A DNA stretch of 64,000 nt from Candidatus Daviesbacteria bacterium (GCA_016176335.1 JACOXI010000003.1:113104-177103), one strand, 5' to 3'. Numbered from the stretch's first letter, positions 46,715 through 57,362 are shown. Notes: a model not told the origin generated them from the letters alone. Numbers and translations are program-made.

Positions 46715-47192
46715 CTAGTATATCGTATATGGTTTATCGTATATCGTAAAGAGCAAATAAATTCTACTTATCGTTTATCGGATTTCAAGAATTTCTTGTA
46801 AGAACGTATTTTACGGATTATCTTTTCAGCCGCCTCATAGAGTTGATTCCTGACTGATTTATCTAAATAATTTAATTCAAGTGCTATCTGGATTTCAGAA
46901 GTAGTTTCCAGTGCAGACTTAACTGCAATATCCAAATAATGCATTTTATCAGTAACGCTGCTGGCTCCTGAGCCTTCGGCAATATTTGCTGAAATAGATA
47001 CAGCTGCACGTCTAAGTTGATTAGTCAGACCATAAATTTCAGATCTGGGGAATTTATCAGTTACTTTGTAGATGGTGCGAGCATACTCTATGGCAAGTTT
47101 CCAAATATCAAGCGATTCGTAGGTAAACATATTTAGTTTATCGTATATTGAATAAACGATATACGAAGAACGAAGTGTTACGATAAACGAAT
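46715..47192 (-). mobile_element. Putative cassette: heptamer arm, four-helix-bundle gene, heptamer arm
   Basis: Arms at 47135-47192 and 46715-46781 match a gene-less copy at 15837-15925; mobility is inferred, not shown. Confidence 0.5.
46768..47130 (-). CDS. Four-helix-bundle protein (23S rRNA IVS-protein family)
   Basis: YESLDIWKLA..IY..T..FP.SE.YGLT.QLRRAAVSISANIAEG..A..S..E; start revised to MFTYES. Confidence 0.95.
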   Translation of the reverse strand: MFTYESLDIWKLAIEYARTIYKVTDKFPRSEIYGLTNQLRRAAVSISANIAEGSGASSVTDKMHYLDIAVKSALETTSEIQIALELNYLDKSVRNQLYEAAEKIIRKIRSYKKFLKSDKR

Positions 47193-48995
47193 TTACTCCT
47201 TTGTCCCTACCAAGTATACAGCTTGCCAGGGTTTGTAGGAAGAGTTCCAAGTTTCTTTTATTAAAACTTGCCCATCTCTTGTGACAGTTCTTGTAAAAGA
47301 GACCTTTGCCCCCCAAGCTGCCCAATCTACTTGTTTTACAGTGCCTTTTGGCAAAGTGGGATCATCCTGCCTTAGTTCCGGAGGCGGAGGAGTTTGATCG
47401 GCAACCACAGATTTGGAGATGGCGGCGATTCTGCCGTCGGATGTACCATATAAATCAACATAAAGGGTAGCTCCTTCGGTGTATGCCTGGATTAAGATGT
47501 GAGCTGGGGTATCATTTTGGAACTGAAAATCAACTGATGGATAAAAAACAGTGGCATCCAAACCAGGGGGAAAACCCTGTTCATAATAGCCAACTCGGTA
47601 AGTATGGGCTGTTCTTTTTACAACAGGTAATCCGGCATTTAAAACTGCCCGGAAAAGAGTGGTGGAATCCTGACAAACCCCGCCCCCGTCATCCAAAACA
47701 GTTCTGCCTTCTTTGATGACATAGGCCTGTTTAAAGCCGGTGGCAGCTGTGATGTCACCCACTGTTTGATTAAAAGAAAAGATTTCACCCGGAGGAACTA
47801 AGACCCCGTTAATTTTTTGGGCAGTGAGGTTAATATTATAGATTCTGTTGGGAATTGATCCGGCAAAATTGGAGATACCCTGGCCGATCAATTCCTTGAT
47901 CCCCAAGGAATTGACATCTGAGGTTTGAATCTTGGGTTTGATAATTACAACAGGCAAAACAATTGTTTTTGAAGAAGGCGAGGTCAGTGCTTCTGTAATT
48001 AAGTTGTAAGTTTTTTCTATATCAAGCTTTTGCCCTTCTTGTGAGGGCCTGAAAGTAATGACTCTTTTGGTTTTGGGATTAAATTCGAATAAGCCTTCTT
48101 GAACTTCCTGGTCTATTTCTTTGGCAATCTTGCTTATATAAGTTTTGGTTTTCCCCTGGTCCAAAAGCAAGTCCCCGCCGCTTGTTAAATCCAAAAGAGC
48201 AAGCAGTTGTTTTGTATCTAAAAAATATGAAGTTTTTTCAAAAGTAAGTCTGATTGGTTGTTTTTGGGTTTGTTCAAGTGCCTGTTTTGCTCTTTTGACG
48301 TGTTCTGTGGTGATTTTTGGTGGGACAACTTTTGTGGGCAGCAAAGATTGGTATTTGCCAAAAAGCAGATAATCTGCAATGGCTTTTTCAACTGATAATC
48401 TATCTAAGCTTAGGCCATCTTTTCCTTCTTTGATTTGAATACGGGCTGAAGGACTGCCTTCTGTGTTGGGGCTTTCATCAAAAAGCAGTTGGGCATCAGT
48501 ATATGGTTTATCAACAATCTTGGCAATTTGCTCAAGTTGAGATTCCAAAGACATGTTAACTGTCAGTAAGATTTGTTGAGGGTAAAAAAGGGTAGAAAAT
48601 TGCCTTAAAATCTTATCCCAAACAAAACCTGCTTGCTGCTTTGCCAAACTTTGATCAAGTAAAGAGTAATCAATTCTGGCAGAAGAGGTGGCGAGGTCTA
48701 TGGTGAATGATTGGTTCTGGTAAACAAAAGCTAGTTTTTGGGCAGATCTTTGCTGGAGGCTGCTTTCCACCTGTCTTATGGCTTGACCTTGAGTGAGGAA
48801 TGAGATATTGGAAGAACCAATATATGTCAGAGGATAGAACTTATCTGTTATGAAGGCTGAATATAAAAAAATGAGTAAAAGTAACAAAATTATCGACAGA
48901 ACAGAAGGTAAACTGTTTTTTTTAAAAAAGACCACTGTTTTTTTAAAGGGATTGCTTTTAATTTTTTCCTTTTTCGAAGATTTTTCTTTGGCCAC
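47193..48995 (-). CDS. VanW family protein with putative peptidoglycan-binding repeats
   Basis: NR.YNI.L, PGEIFSFN..VG, GGGVCQ.STTLFRA, PGLDATV, DF.F.ND. Confidence 0.92.
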   Translation of the reverse strand: MAKEKSSKKEKIKSNPFKKTVVFFKKNSLPSVLSIILLLLLIFLYSAFITDKFYPLTYIGSSNISFLTQGQAIRQVESSLQQRSAQKLAFVYQNQSFTIDLATSSARIDYSLLDQSLAKQQAGFVWDKILRQFSTLFYPQQILLTVNMSLESQLEQIAKIVDKPYTDAQLLFDESPNTEGSPSARIQIKEGKDGLSLDRLSVEKAIADYLLFGKYQSLLPTKVVPPKITTEHVKRAKQALEQTQKQPIRLTFEKTSYFLDTKQLLALLDLTSGGDLLLDQGKTKTYISKIAKEIDQEVQEGLFEFNPKTKRVITFRPSQEGQKLDIEKTYNLITEALTSPSSKTIVLPVVIIKPKIQTSDVNSLGIKELIGQGISNFAGSIPNRIYNINLTAQKINGVLVPPGEIFSFNQTVGDITAATGFKQAYVIKEGRTVLDDGGGVCQDSTTLFRAVLNAGLPVVKRTAHTYRVGYYEQGFPPGLDATVFYPSVDFQFQNDTPAHILIQAYTEGATLYVDLYGTSDGRIAAISKSVVADQTPPPPELRQDDPTLPKGTVKQVDWAAWGAKVSFTRTVTRDGQVLIKETWNSSYKPWQAVYLVGTKE

Positions 48996-49039
48996 GGCGC
49001 TATTTTAGCGTTTTTGGGATATAATTGAAAGAAGACTGG

Positions 49040-49059
49040 TGGTGAGCGGAGTCGAACCA
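49040..49059 (+). repeat. TGGTGAGCGGAGTCGAACCA hairpin abutting a start codon
   Basis: One mismatch to 51746-51765; the last A is the A of ATG. Confidence 0.8.
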
Positions 49060-50357
49060 TGAAACGAATTATCATAATTGTTCTTTCTTTGGCAATTGTT
49101 GTCGGATTTTTGTTTTGGAAATTTGGTCCGAGCATTACTCTATTTAAGAAAGAGCCACAACAAGGCCCGATACGCTTGGTTTATTGGGGTCTTTGGGAAG
49201 AGGAAAGCTTGCTGCGGCCCCTGTTTGCAGAATACCAAAGACAAAATCCTAATGTGAGTATCACATACGAGAGAAAATCCTCAATAAATTACAGAACCAG
49301 GGTGCAAGCTCAAATACAGGAAGGGAGCGGTCCGGATGTTTTCCGCCTTCATAATTCCTGGTTGCCGATGTTTTTAAAAGATAATTTTTTATCTCCTGCT
49401 CCGGCAGATATATTTGGTTTACCTGAATATCAAGGTCTTTTTTACCCGGTGGCTTTAGAGAGTTTTGTCAAAAACAGTCAAATTTATGCAGCGCCTTTGG
49501 AGATTGACGGATTGGCGCTTTTTTATAATGAAGAACTTTTACATAATGTTGGAGGAAAGGTCCCCGGGAATTGGCAGGAATTTATAGACTCGGCAACCAA
49601 GATGACTGTGAGGAATGCCGATGGTATTCAAACAGCAGGGGCCTCAATGGGCACTGCTTCAAACGTAGATCATTGGTCGGATATTTTGGGTCTTCTGCTA
49701 CTGCAGCAACCGGGAGTGGATCTTTCCAATCTTGCATCGGAGTCTGTTTCGGAAATTTTCAGGTTTTATACCGAGTTTGTGACAGATCCGAGAAAAAAAA
49801 CCTGGGATGTTAATCTTCCCAACTCAACTTCCATGTTTGCCCAAGGAAGATTGGGATTTTATTTTGCTCCTTCTTGGAGAGCACATGAACTGCGGATTGC
49901 AAATCCCAATCTAAAGTTCAAAGTTGTAAGCGTGCCGCAACTTGCCGGAAAACAAGTTGGCTGGGCCAGCTTTTGGGGAGAGGCAGTATCTGCCAAAAGT
50001 AGAAATGCCAAGGAGGCCTGGAAGTTTGTCAAATATCTCACTTCCGCGCCATCTCAAAGATTGTTATATCAGGAAGCCTCCAAGGTGAGACTGTTTGGGG
50101 AGCCCTATTCTCAAACCTCTTTATCAGGAGAATTGATTTCTGATCCGATTGTGGGAGCATTTGTTGCCCAAGGGCCTGTATATAAAACCTGGTATCTTTC
50201 CTCCAACACTTTTGACAACGGCATAAATGATGAGATGATCAAATACTTCGGAGATGGCATCAATGCCACACTGGCCGGGACTGATCCGCAAGTGGCTTTA
50301 CAAACAGTGGATCGTGGAGTAAAACAAGTGTTGGATAAATATACTGGAAAACTATGA
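49059..50357 (+). CDS. ABC transporter sugar-binding-type protein
   Basis: N-terminal TM, GPDVF, IYA.P..DGLALFYN, P.NW.EF, EAWKFVKYL. Confidence 0.88.
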   Translation: MKRIIIIVLSLAIVVGFLFWKFGPSITLFKKEPQQGPIRLVYWGLWEEESLLRPLFAEYQRQNPNVSITYERKSSINYRTRVQAQIQEGSGPDVFRLHNSWLPMFLKDNFLSPAPADIFGLPEYQGLFYPVALESFVKNSQIYAAPLEIDGLALFYNEELLHNVGGKVPGNWQEFIDSATKMTVRNADGIQTAGASMGTASNVDHWSDILGLLLLQQPGVDLSNLASESVSEIFRFYTEFVTDPRKKTWDVNLPNSTSMFAQGRLGFYFAPSWRAHELRIANPNLKFKVVSVPQLAGKQVGWASFWGEAVSAKSRNAKEAWKFVKYLTSAPSQRLLYQEASKVRLFGEPYSQTSLSGELISDPIVGAFVAQGPVYKTWYLSSNTFDNGINDEMIKYFGDGINATLAGTDPQVALQTVDRGVKQVLDKYTGKL

Positions 50358-50779
50358 AGATAGTGGTTGCCTCTGATGAAAGAAATAAAGTGACTGATGC
50401 GGTGGTGGATTACTTAACATCCAAAGAACACAAACTCATACTATTGGGAGCCTTGGGTGAGTCTGCCTCTGATAAATGGGTAGAGATTGGTAAAAGAGCA
50501 GCTTTAATGGTGGTAGAAGGTAGAGTAGAGAGGGGTATACTTTTTTGTTGGAGTGGGACTGGTATTTGTATGGCAGCCAATAGAGTGAAAGGGGCCAGAG
50601 CAGCTCTCTGTTGGAACAAAGACATTGCCAGACTATCAAGGAAATGGGATGATGCCAATATTTTGTGCATGGCCCTGGTCAATACCAAAGAGGAAGCAGC
50701 CAAAGAGATGGTAGATGTTTTCTTCTCCACTCAATTTAATGAAGAAGGCCTAAATGAAGCACATAAATTAGATGAATGA
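50354..50779 (+). CDS. rpiB: RpiB/LacA/LacB family sugar-phosphate isomerase
   Basis: MKIVVASD, GILFCWSGTG.CMAANRVKGARAAL, DANILC. Confidence 0.85.
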   Translation: MKIVVASDERNKVTDAVVDYLTSKEHKLILLGALGESASDKWVEIGKRAALMVVEGRVERGILFCWSGTGICMAANRVKGARAALCWNKDIARLSRKWDDANILCMALVNTKEEAAKEMVDVFFSTQFNEEGLNEAHKLDE

Positions 50780-51721
50780 TTAAGTAAGAGGTGGTAAGTT
50801 GATTAACTGCACTTCTGGTTCCAAAGTAATGCCAAATTTTTGTTTGACTTTTTGGGCATAAGTTTTGGCCAGATCATAAAAAGCTTTGGCAGTGCCACTG
50901 CCCTGATTTACAAATAAATTAGCATGATAGTCTGCTATATAAATTCCATCCAAAGTCTGCCCTTTTGCACCAACACTTTCCAATAAAAATCCGGCAGATA
51001 ATTTTCCATAAACAATTGCTTCTTTGGGAATTTTATCTAAAATTTCTTTTGGTAAAGTTTCAGCAACTATATTTTTGAAAAAAGATCCAGGACATTTTAT
51101 GCCTTTGGGGTATTTAACCAAACGTTTTGACAACACATCATCTGCTTCTTGCTGCAGGGTTTTTGGATCTCCATTTTCCAGCTGAAAAGTTACTTCTAAA
51201 ATGTGGTCTTTAGTTTGTTTAAAAATGCTGTTTCTATAATTAAAACCGCATTGATCTTTTGATAAAGTCTTGAGATCTTTTGCGGAGTTTAAGATGACAA
51301 TGGAGGTGATATAATCAGAAATGGTTTGTCCGTATGCTCCGGCATTACCATAAACTGCCCCTCCAACTGTTCCCGGAATTCCTGTTAATTTCTGGAGACC
51401 GGATAGTCCGTGAGAAATGGAATAATCAACTATATTTTGTAAAAGGGTACCGCTTTTCACTATTAAAGTTCCGTTTCTTTCCTGGATTCCTGTTATTTCA
51501 TTTTTAATAACCAGGCAATCAATACCATGATCGTTTACCAATAAATTACTTCCTCCGCCAATCAAAAGATAATCCATTTTGTTTTGTTTGGCATAATCTA
51601 TGGCCTCTTGTAGTTCCTCTTCTGATTTAACAGCTACAAACTTTTCGGCAGACCCACCAATTTGCAGGGTGGTTACATTACTCATGGGATAGTTTTTCCT
51701 AAATTTGAGCATGTATTGCAT
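50780..51721 (-). CDS. murB: UDP-N-acetylmuramate dehydrogenase
   Basis: TT..IGG.A, IGGGSNLL, GIPGTVGGA..NAGAYG, YRNS.F, GSFFKN, HAN..VN, LEPEV. Confidence 0.96.
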   Translation of the reverse strand: MQYMLKFRKNYPMSNVTTLQIGGSAEKFVAVKSEEELQEAIDYAKQNKMDYLLIGGGSNLLVNDHGIDCLVIKNEITGIQERNGTLIVKSGTLLQNIVDYSISHGLSGLQKLTGIPGTVGGAVYGNAGAYGQTISDYITSIVILNSAKDLKTLSKDQCGFNYRNSIFKQTKDHILEVTFQLENGDPKTLQQEADDVLSKRLVKYPKGIKCPGSFFKNIVAETLPKEILDKIPKEAIVYGKLSAGFLLESVGAKGQTLDGIYIADYHANLFVNQGSGTAKAFYDLAKTYAQKVKQKFGITLEPEVQLINLPPLT

Positions 51722-51745
51722 TTTAACAGATCACTGCTAAACTTG

Positions 51746-51765
51746 TGGTGAGCGAAGTCGAACCA
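51746..51765 (+). repeat. TGGTGAGCGAAGTCGAACCA hairpin abutting a start codon
   Basis: One mismatch to 49040-49059. Confidence 0.8.
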
Positions 51766-52652
51766 TGGAAAAAGCTATTTTAAAAACTTTAATTTATGCT
51801 GATATTTTTGATTATCCGCTAAATACTTACGAAATTCATAAATGGTTGATTGGTAAAAAGGCTCGACTTCGGCAGGTAGAATCCGCCTTAGGCGGATTAG
51901 TGCAAAGTGCAAAGCTCAAAGTACAAAGTGGATATTATTTTCTTCCCAGAAGAGATGGGTTGGTAGTAAAAAGGAAGCGTAGAGAAGAACAGTCAGAAAA
52001 GTATTTGCGAAAAGCACAGGTTTTAGCCTCACTTTTAAAGATCGTGCCCTGGATTAAACTGATAGGTGTTTCTGGTGGATTGGCGATGGGGAATGCCAGT
52101 AAGAGTGATGATATTGACCTTTTTATTATTACCAGTAAAAATCGCCTGTGGATTTCAAGGCTTTTGGCATTAGGATTGCTATCTTTAACAGGACAAAGGA
52201 GAAAAGTTGGGGATTTTGGCAGAAAAATTGCCGGAAAATTATGTTTAAATATCTTACTCGAAGAGGATAGATTAGAGCAAAACAATAAAGATATCTATCT
52301 TGCACATGAGGTTTTACAAATGAGGGTTTTATGGCAAAGGGATGGGATTTATTCAAAATATCTTTCCGATAATGAATGGGCTTTCAAGTTTTTACCGAAT
52401 TGGGTGGGAGAAAGAATCAAGAATAATGAATTAAGAATTAAGCATAAAAAGCATAATTCTTTATTCTTACCGCTTAATTCTACTTTGAACATTTTCGAGA
52501 GAATGGCACAAAAATTCCAACTTTGGTATATGCAAACTCCGCAAGGCATGGAGAGGATAGAAGATGGGGCGCTATATTTCCATCCGTTGGATTATAGGAG
52601 CAGAATACTTGATGCATACCAAAAGAAAGTAGTAAAACTTATCAGTCCTTGA
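51765..52652 (+). CDS. Nucleotidyltransferase-fold hypothetical protein
   Basis: TL.YADIFDYPL; VSGGLA..N..SDDIDLFII; LWISR; CLN; FHP.D. Confidence 0.75.
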   Translation: MEKAILKTLIYADIFDYPLNTYEIHKWLIGKKARLRQVESALGGLVQSAKLKVQSGYYFLPRRDGLVVKRKRREEQSEKYLRKAQVLASLLKIVPWIKLIGVSGGLAMGNASKSDDIDLFIITSKNRLWISRLLALGLLSLTGQRRKVGDFGRKIAGKLCLNILLEEDRLEQNNKDIYLAHEVLQMRVLWQRDGIYSKYLSDNEWAFKFLPNWVGERIKNNELRIKHKKHNSLFLPLNSTLNIFERMAQKFQLWYMQTPQGMERIEDGALYFHPLDYRSRILDAYQKKVVKLISP

Positions 52653-52712
52653 CAAGTAGTGCTAAGTTCTGGTATAAATCATACTCGATCCTGCTCCACT
52701 GTCGTCATTCAT

Positions 52713-53033
52713 ATGCCAAAAGTAAATAAAGGAAACAGTTCTAAAGTTTCGATCAAGCCCTTAATGGGTTATGTGTTAGTGCAACCTAGTGAGGCAGATA
52801 CCAAAACTGCATCAGGAATTATTTTGCCGGAATCTGCTCAAGAAAAACCAGCCCAAGGGAAAGTGTTGGCTTGTGGAGATGAGATGGTGATGGAAAATGG
52901 CAAAACAGTCAAATGCCCGGTTAAAGTTGGAGATAAAGTAGTTTATAAAAAATGGGGTGGAGATGAGATAAAAGTGGAAGGAAAAGAATTAAAGCTAGTT
53001 AAGTTTGATGACTTAATGGCAATTTTGGAGTAA
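52713..53033 (+). CDS. groES: Co-chaperonin GroES
   Basis: IKPL..YVLV, KTASGIILPESAQEKP, VKVGDKV; start revised to MPKVNK. Confidence 0.96.
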   Translation: MPKVNKGNSSKVSIKPLMGYVLVQPSEADTKTASGIILPESAQEKPAQGKVLACGDEMVMENGKTVKCPVKVGDKVVYKKWGGDEIKVEGKELKLVKFDDLMAILE

Positions 53034-53038
53034 AAAAT

Positions 53039-53326
53039 ATGGGAGAAAGTATTAACAGACAACTTATAACACGAGAACAACAGGAGCAAGTATTTAAGAG
53101 GGCGGATGAGTTAATTGAAGGTGTTAACCATCGGCAGAGACTTCTGGGGCCAGATGATCCAGCGGGGCATGCTTACCGTTCTATAGTAGCTACACTGGCT
53201 GGTTTCAAATTAGGAATATTGGCAGCTTCCGGAGCACTAGATCCTGAGGCTTTTCTTGGAATGAAAGCAAATGATGTAGAGATAGTCAGTTTAGTAGCTA
53301 AATATCCAGAGGTATTAAAAAGGTAA
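53039..53326 (+). CDS. Hypothetical protein
   Basis: 95 aa, starts 5 nt after groES. Confidence 0.6.
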   Translation: MGESINRQLITREQQEQVFKRADELIEGVNHRQRLLGPDDPAGHAYRSIVATLAGFKLGILAASGALDPEAFLGMKANDVEIVSLVAKYPEVLKR

Positions 53327-53330
53327 AAAT

Positions 53331-53660
53331 ATGGCAGAAAGAAGAGGAGCACAAATGAGATCAGGAGCAGAAATTGAAGAAGCATTGAAGGCCTTAAAAA
53401 TGGATTTGGGTCCTTTGGATCGCTTAGGTGATGTTGTATTGGGGGTTGTTCCAGGGATAGGTGACCCTGGTAGACAAAGAAGATTGGGGCGAATAGAAGC
53501 TTTAGAATGGGTTATGAAACAAAGAGGAAGCGGACCAACAGCTATAAATGATGTTATAAAGGGAGCAGGAAGAAGCGCTCTTTTAACAGGAAGTTTACCA
53601 AAGATAGCAGTTCTGGGTTCAGAAGCCCAACTTGAGATTATGGGAGGAGGCCACGCATAG
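53331..53660 (+). CDS. Hypothetical protein
   Basis: 109 aa, tightly packed before groEL. Confidence 0.6.
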   Translation: MAERRGAQMRSGAEIEEALKALKMDLGPLDRLGDVVLGVVPGIGDPGRQRRLGRIEALEWVMKQRGSGPTAINDVIKGAGRSALLTGSLPKIAVLGSEAQLEIMGGGHA

Positions 53661-55286
<1,626 letters not shown>

Positions 55287-55306
55287 ATCTGCTACAATGT
55301 AGCTAA

Positions 55307-55900
55307 ATGGCCAAGTTTCATTATCGCGATTCTCCAATTCAGAAGCAAAAGGATGCTTTTAAAAAGTATCTGTCAGAGGATGAAGAGTTGGTTTTGGCAG
55401 CAGGTTTCTCCCAAGCTTACATCCGTTCAAAATTTATCATTTATCTTTTGTTTCCGGGTCTGCTTTTTGCAGGAATTGGTTTGGGATTAGGATGGCTTTT
55501 GGGTCTGGATAAAATTTGGGCTGCTATTTTGGCAGCAGGATTTTGGAGCGCAGCTGCCATCTTAAAAACAATGCATACATACCATTCAAACAGATATTTA
55601 TTAACAACAAGAAGGGTAATTATTAAAAAAGGAATTTTTGGGGTAAAACTTACCACAACATTATATGATAAAATTACCCACTTGGAGGTTGACCAAACCA
55701 TTATGGATCGTCTACTTTTGCACCACGGAAGTATTATTATCAATACAGCAGGAGTGACCAAAGGTGAAATTATTTTAAAATATGTGGATTACCCGCTAGA
55801 GCTTAAAAATCTTTTGGAAAGACTGATCAATCGCGAAAGGGAACAGTTTGGTTTGAGGAGTAGTCCTCTGCAAGCTGTTGAGGGAGAAATTATTTCGTAG
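55307..55900 (+). CDS. Bacterial PH-domain membrane protein
   Basis: Two TMs; YLLT.RRVIIKKG, YDKIT, Q..DRLL..G.I.I.TAG. Confidence 0.82.
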   Translation: MAKFHYRDSPIQKQKDAFKKYLSEDEELVLAAGFSQAYIRSKFIIYLLFPGLLFAGIGLGLGWLLGLDKIWAAILAAGFWSAAAILKTMHTYHSNRYLLTTRRVIIKKGIFGVKLTTTLYDKITHLEVDQTIMDRLLLHHGSIIINTAGVTKGEIILKYVDYPLELKNLLERLINREREQFGLRSSPLQAVEGEIIS

Positions 55901-56438
55901 AAGCGGGCATATTGGGAATATCAGGAAGGATAGTTTGCGGATCAATATAATCCCCATCTTTAGTAATCTCCAAATGAGTGTGGGGGCCAGAAGTGCGACC
56001 AGTTAAACCAACCTCACCAAGGGTATTCTGGGAGGTGATTTTATCTCCGACCTTAACATAAATCTTTCCCATATGGGCATATTTAGACTTAAAGCCGTTT
56101 TGGTGCACAACTTCCACAAAGTTGCCTAGACCAAAAAAGTCTCTGCCTACTTGAGAAACCTCGCCTGAAGTGACGGGATGAATCGGCATTCCCAAACCAG
56201 CGGCAATATCTATTCCAGGATGCCAGGTAGAAAATCTGGTTGATAGGTAACCAGGATGCGGTAAGACCAAAGGTTGGGAAAAGGAAGCGGCAATGATTTC
56301 TGCTTTTTGCTCTTGGTTTGAAGCTTGCACCAAAGATTGTTTAACAGGGGGTATCGCAAAAGTCGGATAATATCCTAATGATAAAATTCCAAAACAGATA
56401 ATTATTGACAGCCATCGAACTTTTTTTTGAGAAAACAT
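55890..56438 (-). CDS. M23 family metallopeptidase
   Basis: HPGIDIA, YAHM, GLTGRTSGPHTHLEI. Confidence 0.92.
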   Translation of the reverse strand: MFSQKKVRWLSIIICFGILSLGYYPTFAIPPVKQSLVQASNQEQKAEIIAASFSQPLVLPHPGYLSTRFSTWHPGIDIAAGLGMPIHPVTSGEVSQVGRDFFGLGNFVEVVHQNGFKSKYAHMGKIYVKVGDKITSQNTLGEVGLTGRTSGPHTHLEITKDGDYIDPQTILPDIPNMPASTK

Positions 56439-56502
56439 TTTTCAAAACAAATCCCGTACCAGACGTGAGCTCATCGCCCAAAGACGGTACAGGACAGGTG
56501 CG

Positions 56503-56531
56503 TATAATAGCAAACTTGGGCTTAAAGGTCA
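56503..56531 (-). promoter_or_regulatory. Sigma70-type promoter of the M23 gene
   Basis: Minus strand TTGACC-N17-TATTAT. Confidence 0.6.
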
Positions 56532-56561
56532 AGTGTTTAGGGTATAATTAAAATACTTCAA

Positions 56562-57362
56562 ATGAAAAAAACTATAGTTTATATTCTAATTTTTATTAGT
56601 ATTTTAGCTTTGGTTTTAAGATTTAGCAGTGTGATAGTTGATATGTTGGGATTCAGGCAAAAAAGCGGTATTTCCGTTACTTCAACTCCAAAAGATGCAA
56701 CAGTCTTTCTAAATAAGCGGGAAGTTGGCAAAACTCCTTATGAGATAGGAGATTTGGAAGTTTCGGAATATATCGTTAGATTGGAAAAAGATCAGGCTGT
56801 TTGGCAGGGAAATGTGAAATTGCACGGAGGGACCATGACTATTATAAATAGGGATCTGGCAAAAGATCTCACCTCTTCTGCGGGAGAAGTATTAACTTTA
56901 ACTCGTGGTAAGGGGTTAACCATAATATCAAATCCAAATAATGCCAAAGTTTATATTGACAGTAAAGAGGAGGGGAATACTCCTTTGGATGTTGGTTCGG
57001 GAAATGGTGAACATACTATTTTAGTAGAGCACCCAAACTACGTCAAAAGAAGTATCAGAGCAACTTTGCCTGAAGGTTTTAACTTAACTATCTTTGTTGA
57101 TTTGGCACTTTCCGAGGCTGATTTAAGTACTATCTCAACACCGGTAGTAAGAACTACCCCGGAGGTAATTGTGAAAACTACCCCAACGGGATTTTTAAGG
57201 GTTAGAGAGAAACCCTCGCTTGCTGGCCAAGAAATAGCGCAGGTAAGCGCAGGCGACACCCTGATCCTTTTGGAGGAATTAAGCGGTTGGGATAGAGTAA
57301 GACTGTCCGGTGGATTGGAAGGGTATGTCGCCTCAACCTATGTGGAAAAGAAAAATCCCTAA
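56562..57362 (+). CDS. PEGA-domain protein with C-terminal SH3
   Basis: S.P..A.V.L..G.TP twice; GFLRVRE.PS..W..V..EGYV..YV. Confidence 0.88.
   Translation: MKKTIVYILIFISILALVLRFSSVIVDMLGFRQKSGISVTSTPKDATVFLNKREVGKTPYEIGDLEVSEYIVRLEKDQAVWQGNVKLHGGTMTIINRDLAKDLTSSAGEVLTLTRGKGLTIISNPNNAKVYIDSKEEGNTPLDVGSGNGEHTILVEHPNYVKRSIRATLPEGFNLTIFVDLALSEADLSTISTPVVRTTPEVIVKTTPTGFLRVREKPSLAGQEIAQVSAGDTLILLEELSGWDRVRLSGGLEGYVASTYVEKKNP

Noticed and set aside
46768-47130. Diversity-generating retroelement (Avd-like gene) or 23S rRNA intervening sequence
   Set aside because: No reverse transcriptase, no TR/VR pair with adenine-specific mismatches, and no rRNA sequence in the flanks.
52640-52670. CIRCE element before groES
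   Set aside because: Only an imperfect right half-site (TAGTGCTAA) is present; there is no TTAGCACTC arm 9 nt upstream.
56455-56490. Fluoride riboswitch (GGCGATGAG resembles its 5' motif)
   Set aside because: The downstream pseudoknot partner and conserved 3' segment are missing, and the gene is unrelated to fluoride.
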